A DNA stretch of 32,000 bases. Origin: Haloferax volcanii DS2. Its GTDB lineage: Archaea; Halobacteriota; Halobacteria; Halobacteriales; Haloferacaceae. The translations under genes were made by a program, and so were the position numbers. Within the stretch, counting starts at the first letter, position 1, and each line of letters starts with the position of its first letter. The notes beneath the pieces are model-generated. The model worked only from the letters and a program-made list of their open reading frames with translations, was not told where the DNA came from and ran no database searches. The stretch is taken from NCBI RefSeq assembly GCF_000025685.1, contig NC_013967.1, positions 2,040,001 through 2,072,000 of the forward strand, read 5' to 3'. Positions 26,232 to 32,000 of this stretch are shown here, in pieces.

Positions 26232-27599
26232 ATGTCTGGTGCCGCCCACGACTTCGGGTTCGAACACGTCCCGGAGACAGACCAGTCGTTCGAGAACGCC
26301 TTAGCGAAGGCGCGAGCGGGCGAGCGCCTCACGGTCGACGACGGCGTCGAACTCATCACGACGGGGACCGACCGCGAGGGAATCGGCCCCGAACGCAAGG
26401 AACTCGTGCTCGAAGCCGCCGACCGGCGGCGCGCCGAGATGGTCGGAAACGACGTGACGTTCGTCGCCAACCTCAACAACAACGTGACGACGGCCTGCAA
26501 CACGGGGTGTCTGTTCTGTAACTTCAAGAACACCGCCCACCTGTTCGAGGCCGACTCCGACGCCGACCACGGCGGCTTCACGAAGACGCCCGCCGAGTCC
26601 CGCGACATCGTCGCCGACGCGGTCGAGATGGGCATCTACGAGGTCACGTCCGTCTCCGGCCTCCACCCCGCGCTCGTGCTCGACGAGGAACACCGCGAGA
26701 TTCTCGAAGCCTACGACAACCCCGCCGCCGAGGTGAACTACAAGCCGCCCGAGGCGTACGACACCGACCCCGCGAGCTACGCCGAACAGCTCTCTGCTAT
26801 GTCGGCCGCCGGCGCGCACGTCCACTCGATGACGCCGGAAGAGGCCCATCACGCCAAGCGCGGCACCGACTGGAGCTACGAGGAGGTCTACCGCCGCCTC
26901 GCGGACGCCGGCCTCGCCAGCGCGCCCGGCACCGCCGCGGAGATTCTCGTCCCCGAGGTGCGCGAGGTCATCTGCCCGGGGAAAATCGGCACCGACGAGT
27001 GGGTCGCCGGGATGGAGGGCGCGATGGAAGCCGGCCTCGACGTGACCGCGACCATCATGTACGGCCACGTCGAGACCGAGAAACACCGCGTGCTCCACCT
27101 CGACGTGATTCGCGACCTGCAAGACCGCTACGGCGGCATCTCCGAGTTCGTCCCGCTGTCGTTCATCCACCAGAACACGCCGCTGTACGACCGCGGCCTC
27201 GTGACCGGCGGCGCGTCCGACGACGAGGACGAACTGATGGTCGCCGTCGCGCGGCTCTACCTCGACAACGTCGACCACATCCAGTCGTCGTGGGTGAAGT
27301 TCGGGAACGCGAAGGCGCTGAAGCTCCTCAACTGCGGCGCGGACGACCTGATGGGGACGATTCTCTCCGAGGAGATAACGAAGCGCGCCGGCGGCGGCTT
27401 CGGCGAGTTCCGCTCGTTCGACGACTACGTCGACATGATAACCGCCATCGGCCGCCGGCCGGTCGAGCGCTCGACCGACTACCGGACCCGCCGGCCAATC
27501 GACCCCGACGACGGCCCGCACGGCCCGACGCTCGGCCCGCGCGCCGACGGGACGCCCCTGCTCGACGGCCGCCGCGACCCGGCGACCGCAGACGACTGA
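26232..27599 (+). CDS. cofH: 7,8-didemethyl-8-hydroxy-5-deazariboflavin (FO) synthase subunit CofH
   Basis: The track ORF starts at TTG 26220; I prefer ATG 26232. The radical SAM cluster is CNTGCLFC, and the sequence is CofH-like throughout (IYEVTSVSGLHP, MYGHVET, FVPLSFIHQNTPL). Confidence 0.85.
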   Translation: MSGAAHDFGFEHVPETDQSFENALAKARAGERLTVDDGVELITTGTDREGIGPERKELVLEAADRRRAEMVGNDVTFVANLNNNVTTACNTGCLFCNFKNTAHLFEADSDADHGGFTKTPAESRDIVADAVEMGIYEVTSVSGLHPALVLDEEHREILEAYDNPAAEVNYKPPEAYDTDPASYAEQLSAMSAAGAHVHSMTPEEAHHAKRGTDWSYEEVYRRLADAGLASAPGTAAEILVPEVREVICPGKIGTDEWVAGMEGAMEAGLDVTATIMYGHVETEKHRVLHLDVIRDLQDRYGGISEFVPLSFIHQNTPLYDRGLVTGGASDDEDELMVAVARLYLDNVDHIQSSWVKFGNAKALKLLNCGADDLMGTILSEEITKRAGGGFGEFRSFDDYVDMITAIGRRPVERSTDYRTRRPIDPDDGPHGPTLGPRADGTPLLDGRRDPATADD

Positions 27600-27600
27600 G

Positions 27601-28149
27601 ATGATGGCGACCACCCACGCGGCCGTGGGGCTGACCCTCGCCGCGCCGCTGGTCTGGGTCGCGCCCGACCTCGCCACAGCGGCGGCCGTCGGCGCGCTCG
27701 TCGGCGGCGTCTTCCCCGACGTGGACCTCTTCGTCGGCGTCCACCGCAAGACGCTGCACTTCCCCGTCTATTACAGCGTCGCCGCCGCGGTCTTCGGGGG
27801 CGTCGCCGCCGTCTCGCCTTCGACGCTCACCGTCGGCGTCGCCTTTTTTTGCCTCTCGGCGGGGCTCCACTCCGCGTCCGACTGGCTCGGCGCGGGCGGC
27901 GAACTCCGGCCGTGGGACCGCACCTCCGACCGCGCGGTGTACGTCCATCCCGCGAAGCGGTGGCTCCGCCCCCGTTATCTCGTCCGCTACGACGGCGCGC
28001 CAGAGGACCTCGCGCTGACGCTCCTGTTTTCGGTCCCCGGCTTCCTCGCCTTCTCCGGCGGCGTCCGGGTCGCCATCGCGGTCGGCGTCGCCGTCGCGCT
28101 GTTCTACACGGGCTTCAGAAAGCGGATGCCCGAGTGGTTCGGCATCTGA
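27601..28149 (+). CDS. membrane-bound metal-dependent hydrolase-like protein (YdjM/DUF457-like), paralogue 1
   Basis: 182 aa. Its ATG is 1 nt after the cofH TGA. Motifs are MMATTHAAVG, GGVFPDVDLFVGVHRKTLH and HSASDWLG, with 4-5 TM helices. Confidence 0.55.
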   Translation: MMATTHAAVGLTLAAPLVWVAPDLATAAAVGALVGGVFPDVDLFVGVHRKTLHFPVYYSVAAAVFGGVAAVSPSTLTVGVAFFCLSAGLHSASDWLGAGGELRPWDRTSDRAVYVHPAKRWLRPRYLVRYDGAPEDLALTLLFSVPGFLAFSGGVRVAIAVGVAVALFYTGFRKRMPEWFGI

Positions 28150-28281
28150 GGCGCGGCGTCTGCGTGACCCGCCGCGCCCGCGAGCGCTCGGCGCAACCAC
28201 GAAACTCATACGTCTCGGTCGCCGAGTGGTCGAAGCGATGACGACTCGACGGCTCCGACCGGCTCGGGAGGTGGTCGCCCC

Positions 28282-28887
28282 GTGATGGCCCCGACGCACG
28301 TGGCGATGAGCCTCGCGCTCGCCGCCGCCGTCGCGGTCGTCGCCCCCGCGGCCGCGCCGCTCGTCGTCGCGGCGGCGGTCGTCGGCGGCGTCTTCCCCGA
28401 CCTCGACATGGTCGTCGGCGTCCACCGTAGGACGCTCCATCAGGTCGAGGCGTTCGTCGGCGGCTCGGTCGGGTTCGGCGCGGTCGCGGTCGTCACCGGC
28501 GACCCGCTGGCCGCGGCCGCGGCGACCGGGTTCGTCGCGGCGGCGCTCCACTGCGCGGCCGACTACCTCGGCGGCAGCAGCGAGGCTCGTCCGTGGGAGG
28601 CGCGGACCGACCGCGGCGTCTACGTCCGCAGCCTCGGCGGCTGGGTCGAACCCCGCCGCCTCGCCGCCTACGACGGCTCTCCCGGCGACCTCGCGCTCGC
28701 CGCGGCGCTGTCGGTGCCGGGCCTCCTGACGCTCGGCGGCGACTCGCGAGGGGTTCTCCTCGTCAGCCTCGCCGTCGGCGTCATCTACACACTCGTCAGA
28801 AAACGCGTGCCCCAGCTCTCGGGGCGCGCGCCCGCCGTGACCGCCGCGGTCGTCGCGCTCTACTCAGTTCTCGGTCGTCGTCGGTAG
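28282..28887 (+). CDS. membrane-bound metal-dependent hydrolase-like protein (YdjM/DUF457-like), paralogue 2
   Basis: 201 aa, clearly homologous to 27601..28149. Shared motifs are MMAPTH, GGVFPDLDMVVGVHRRTLH, RPWEARTDRGVYV and YDGSPGDLAL. Confidence 0.55.
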   Translation: MMAPTHVAMSLALAAAVAVVAPAAAPLVVAAAVVGGVFPDLDMVVGVHRRTLHQVEAFVGGSVGFGAVAVVTGDPLAAAAATGFVAAALHCAADYLGGSSEARPWEARTDRGVYVRSLGGWVEPRRLAAYDGSPGDLALAAALSVPGLLTLGGDSRGVLLVSLAVGVIYTLVRKRVPQLSGRAPAVTAAVVALYSVLGRRR

Positions 28888-28923
28888 CAGACGACCACAC
28901 GGTCGGCCGACGCGGCGTCGATC

Positions 28924-30099
28924 TCACCGCGGAATCGACAGCGGGCCGTCGCCGCGGGCGACGTTTCGGAACCGCCGTCCGTGAACGTCGTCGGCGGCGA
29001 GCCGGTCGGTAATCGGGCCGCGGAGCCACTCGCGGTCCGGCGCGGCCGCGGGCGCGCCGCCGCTCTCGCCGGGGTCGTCCGCCGGTCCGAGCGCCCCGTT
29101 CGGCAAGAACCGCTCGTAGACCGGCAGTCGCTCGCGGAGCGGGACGCCCGCCTCGTCGGCGATGTCTGCGAGTTCCCGGAGCGCGGGCCACTCGTAGTCG
29201 GGGTTGACGTAGTCGTCCGTGACCGGCGAGACGCCGCCGAGGTCGTCGACGCCGCAGGCGACGAGGTCGGCCGCCGCCGAGAGGTTCGGCGGCACCTGCA
29301 CCGACACCTCCTCGGGGAGCGCGACCCGCGCCATCGCCACGACCCGGCGCATCGTGTCGAGCGACGGGCGCTCGTAGTCCGACCGCTCGTTGGGGACGAC
29401 GTTCTGGACGATGACCTCCTGGACGTGGCCGTAGCGCTCGTGGAGCGCGCGGATGGCCAGCAGGCTCTCGGCCCGGTCGCGCCACGTCTCGCCGATGCCG
29501 ACGAGGATGCCCGTCGTGAAGGGGACGCCCACCTCGCCCGCGGCGCGGATGGTGTTGAGCCGCTGGCCCGGCGTCTTCCGCCGACTGCCCGAGTGGGCGG
29601 CCACGTCGGCGGTCGTCTCCAGCATCACGCCCATGCTGGCGTTCAGGGGCGCGAGGTCAGCGAACGCCTCGCGGGTCAGGTCGCCGGGGTTCGAGTGCGG
29701 GAGCAGGCCCTCGTCGAGCGCGACTTCGCAGGCCGCCGCGAGGTAGTCGAGGATGTCGTCGTAGCCCCACTCGTCGAGTTGGCGGTGAATCTCCGTGTAG
29801 CGCTCGTCGGGGGCGTCTCCGAAGGTAAACAGCGCCTCCGTGCAGCCGGCGTCCGCGCCCGTGCGGACCACCTCGCGGACCTCGTCGAGCGACATGAGCG
29901 TCGCCTCGCCGGGCACGTCGTAGTAGGTGCAGTAGGTACAGGTGTACCGACAGGCGGTCGTCAGCGGGACGAAGACGTTCCGCGAGAACGAAAGCGACGC
30001 CGGCGCGTCGGCGTCGTCGGGGGTGACGGCGAGCAGTCGCTCCACGTCGGCATCGTCGATAGTCAGGTCGACTCCGTACTCGTCGGCACCCGTGAACAT
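28924..30099 (-). CDS. cofG: FO synthase subunit CofG
   Basis: Track ORF 28924..30210. I prefer the Met at 30099 (MFTGADEYGVDL...) because a cttttag element lies about 24-29 nt upstream. The radical SAM cluster is CRYTCTYC, and the sequence is CofG-like throughout. Confidence 0.85.
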   Translation of the reverse strand: MFTGADEYGVDLTIDDADVERLLAVTPDDADAPASLSFSRNVFVPLTTACRYTCTYCTYYDVPGEATLMSLDEVREVVRTGADAGCTEALFTFGDAPDERYTEIHRQLDEWGYDDILDYLAAACEVALDEGLLPHSNPGDLTREAFADLAPLNASMGVMLETTADVAAHSGSRRKTPGQRLNTIRAAGEVGVPFTTGILVGIGETWRDRAESLLAIRALHERYGHVQEVIVQNVVPNERSDYERPSLDTMRRVVAMARVALPEEVSVQVPPNLSAAADLVACGVDDLGGVSPVTDDYVNPDYEWPALRELADIADEAGVPLRERLPVYERFLPNGALGPADDPGESGGAPAAAPDREWLRGPITDRLAADDVHGRRFRNVARGDGPLSIPR

Positions 30100-30266
30100 A
30101 TCTCTCGGTGCGTGACGAACCACTAAAAGCGTGTCATTCGCGGCGATACGGCGGCGTCGAGACCGAAGCGCGGAAGTCGAGTTCGGGACCGGATAGTTGG
30201 TGCCAGACACGTCTCCGGCCCGTCCGAAGCGCCGTCAGGCGCTCGCCCCGAGTTGGTTGCGAGTGA

Positions 30267-30327
30267 GACTCGCGTCGTCGTCGCGACGTTCGGACTCCAC
30301 TTCGACTCTCGCGTCGTCTTCGCGACG
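30267..30327. repeat. imperfect direct repeat pair, each ending in the palindrome tcgcga
   Basis: gactcgcgtcgtcgtcgcgacg (30267-30288) and gactctcgcgtcgtcttcgcgacg (30304-30327) lie in the 315-nt cofC-cofG spacer. Confidence 0.4.
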
Positions 30328-30414
30328 CGGGAGCGCGCGGCGCACGTTGCCTCAGTTCCCGCCGGGCAGACGGACAACCGCGCCAGACACTGTTTATCGC
30401 GGACCGTTAAGGTC

Positions 30415-31035
30415 CTATCGGCGCTCGCGGACGGCCTCGACCCGACCGGACCCGCGTGCGAGCCGGACGCCGGCGTCGACCAGCCACTCGCGGGCCCGCC
30501 CCTCGCCGTGGACGAGCACTTCGACGAGGTCGCTCGGCTCGTCCACGTCGACGGCGAGTCGCATCGAGTCCACCTCGGCGAACGAACAGCCGGCGTCGCG
30601 GGCGATTCGTCGGTGGTCGAGAATGGACGCGCCGTGGTAGTCCACGGAGAACTCGGGGTGGCGGACGACGAGCGCGTTCGTCCCTCCGCCGAGACCGGGC
30701 GCGGCGACCACGTCGGCGTCGGTTTCGAACAGCCGCGACAGCGCCGCGGGCGTCGCGAGCGCGAGGTCGGCCATGACGACCGCGACGGGGCCGCCGCCGA
30801 GGTCGTCGAGTTCGCCGCCCACGACTTCGGTGAGCGGTCGGTCGTCCACGGTGACGGGCGCATCGACGGTCACGAGCGCGTCCGCGACGACCGCCGGGTC
30901 GCCGCCGACCGCGCGGACCGCGTCGAGCACGTCGCGGAGCATCGAGACGGCGAACTCGCGTCGCTCGTCGGCGTCGAAAAACGGGGCGAGTCGGGTCTTC
31001 GGATCGCGTCCCCCGAAGGGAACGACGACTCGCAC
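30415..31035 (-). CDS. cofC: 2-phospho-L-lactate guanylyltransferase CofC
   Basis: 206 aa with a GTG start: (M)RVVVPFGGRDPKTRLAPFFDADERREFAVSMLRDVL..., typical of CofC. Confidence 0.8.
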   Translation of the reverse strand: MRVVVPFGGRDPKTRLAPFFDADERREFAVSMLRDVLDAVRAVGGDPAVVADALVTVDAPVTVDDRPLTEVVGGELDDLGGGPVAVVMADLALATPAALSRLFETDADVVAAPGLGGGTNALVVRHPEFSVDYHGASILDHRRIARDAGCSFAEVDSMRLAVDVDEPSDLVEVLVHGEGRAREWLVDAGVRLARGSGRVEAVRERR

Positions 31036-31041
31036 GGAGAA

Positions 31042-31836
31042 TCAGCCCAGTTTGTCGTAGGTCGTCTGCTGGGACCGCCAGTAGAGGAATCCACCGACGA
31101 TGAGCGCGACGACGAGCAGACCGCCCGCCGCGTAGATGAGCAGTTGGGTCGTCTGACTGGACTGCCGGGCCTGGTTTGCGCTCGTCTCCGCCTCGTTGGC
31201 GAGGTTCGTCGTGAGACTGAACTCCTCGCCGTTGAACGCTTCGACAGCGTTGGCAAACGTCTGCTCGGCTTGTTGCGTGTTGGCCCCACTCGCACGCTCA
31301 ATCGCGTCCCGCGCGCTGTCGAGTTCGTCCCGTGCGGCGGCACTTTCTTCGGTGTAGTGGTGGACCGACCACGAGTCGATATCGTTACTGGAGCCACCTT
31401 CGCGGGTCTGGTCGAGCGAGATTATCGTGAACGTCTGTGCGGGGTCGTAGCTGAACGACTCCACTTCGGGAACGATTCCCGTTACGGTGACCTCCACTTC
31501 GCTCGTCCCGTCGGCAGTGGCGATCTGCGCGCCGCTGAAGTTCTGCCCGTCAAAGGACTGCTGGTCGACTCTCGCGCCCGTCTGGTCGTAGTACGCGACG
31601 GTCCACGTCACGTCCTCCAGGTCGGTCTGACCCGCGAGCGTCCACGATTCGAGTTGTGGGCTCCGGTACAGTTCTTCGAGGGTGACCGACGCGGTCACCT
31701 GCGAACCGACCTGCGCCTCGTCGGGGACGTCGTCGGACGCGACGCTCACCGCCCCTGCTTGCCCTGCGAAGGCCGACAGGAGTACGACGAGCGCGAGCGC
31801 CAGCTTAGAAAAGCGACTCCAGTTCGTCCTCGTCAT
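31042..31836 (-). CDS. secreted protein with a C-terminal TM anchor (uncharacterised)
   Basis: 264 aa. The Sec-type signal is MTRTNWSRFSKLALALVVLLSAFAGQAGA. An acidic beta-rich ectodomain and a helical segment follow. The C-terminal TM is LLIYAAGGLLVVALIVGGFLYW. Confidence 0.65.
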   Translation of the reverse strand: MTRTNWSRFSKLALALVVLLSAFAGQAGAVSVASDDVPDEAQVGSQVTASVTLEELYRSPQLESWTLAGQTDLEDVTWTVAYYDQTGARVDQQSFDGQNFSGAQIATADGTSEVEVTVTGIVPEVESFSYDPAQTFTIISLDQTREGGSSNDIDSWSVHHYTEESAAARDELDSARDAIERASGANTQQAEQTFANAVEAFNGEEFSLTTNLANEAETSANQARQSSQTTQLLIYAAGGLLVVALIVGGFLYWRSQQTTYDKLG

Positions 31837-32000
31837 CGTTTATGAGGGTCTCCAGATTCGAATCACTCTCTTGACGGATCTCTTCGATGTTATCCTGTGC
31901 TTCGATGGCGACCTGCTGCAGCTCCTTGATGCGCGGGACGTTCGTCACGCCCGACAGAAGGATGACACCCGCCACCTTCTCCGCGCCAGGGATGGGGTAG
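31805..32000 (-). CDS. cetZ1: tubulin-superfamily protein CetZ (CetZ1-like), 3' end only
   Basis: My hand translation of the reverse strand gives YPIPGAEKVAGVILLSGVTNVPRIKELQQVAIEAQDNIEEIRQESDSNLETLINDDEDELESLF followed by a stop (TAA at 31805-31807). This matches my recollection of the CetZ1 C-terminus. It is not in the ORF track because its start lies outside the window. Confidence 0.7.
   Translation of the reverse strand, partial: YPIPGAEKVAGVILLSGVTNVPRIKELQQVAIEAQDNIEEIRQESDSNLETLINDDEDELESLF

Noticed and set aside
584-31845. Many very long ORFs in the track run antisense to or out of frame with the genes called above. Examples: 584..2500 +, 3320..5119 -, 4626..6044 -, 7483..8703 -, 13066..14601 +, 14976..16757 -, 18883..20037 -, 20177..21409 -, 21491..22747 +, 23819..25387 -, 26301..27749 -, 28981..30126 +, 30253..31845 +.
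   Set aside because: They are Arg/Gly/Pro-rich, basic, low-complexity translations typical of shadow frames in high-GC DNA, where stop codons are rare. Each overlaps a partner ORF that has recognisable family motifs, acidic composition and high GC3.
1-32000. I looked for CRISPR arrays, IS elements/transposases, integrases, tRNA/rRNA genes and prophage-like content.
   Set aside because: I saw no regularly spaced repeats, no transposase- or integrase-like ORFs, no cloverleaf-compatible segments in the intergenic gaps, and no compositional island apart from short AT-rich promoters.

Overview
High-GC, densely coding haloarchaeal chromosomal DNA; the predicted proteins are strongly acidic and most genes show a TATA-like element about 25-30 nt before the start codon, as expected for leaderless transcripts. 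I support about 35 protein genes. I found no rRNA, tRNA, CRISPR array or mobile element. Gene order matches my unverified recollection of Haloferax volcanii HVO_217x to HVO_2204: rdfA, sph3, samp3, aor, sir2, cofH/G/C, cetZ1.

Content from left to right:
- A DUF58 / DUF4129 / DUF1616 membrane-protein cluster.
- The rod-determining factor rdfA with the SMC-like sph3.
- A HalOD1-like small ORF.
- A tightly coupled SAMP3 (MoaD-type ubiquitin-like) operon, then azlCD and an aldehyde:ferredoxin oxidoreductase.
- A DICT-domain protein and a RaSEA-type radical SAM protein.
- Purine genes (purQ, purS, purU, purC) around a GntP-family permease.
- sir2.
- A disrupted GAF-PAS histidine kinase.
- The F420 chromophore genes cofH, cofG and cofC, interrupted by two tandem membrane-hydrolase paralogues.
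- The 3' end of cetZ1.

There is no obvious defence island or foreign DNA. The observations most worth a second look are:
- A CxxC motif at the exact midpoint of the Sph3-like coiled coil, together with degenerate ATPase motifs.
- A second Gly-Gly-terminated small protein immediately after SAMP3.
- Membrane hydrolases translationally coupled to cofH.
- A histidine kinase with a frameshift plus a TAA stop, arranged as a TGATG restart junction.
- A 38-codon micro-ORF with its own hairpin and terminator.
- An extreme AT island containing a perfect palindrome.
- A 32-nt overlap between the cetZ1 tail and a secreted-protein gene that leads into cofC.
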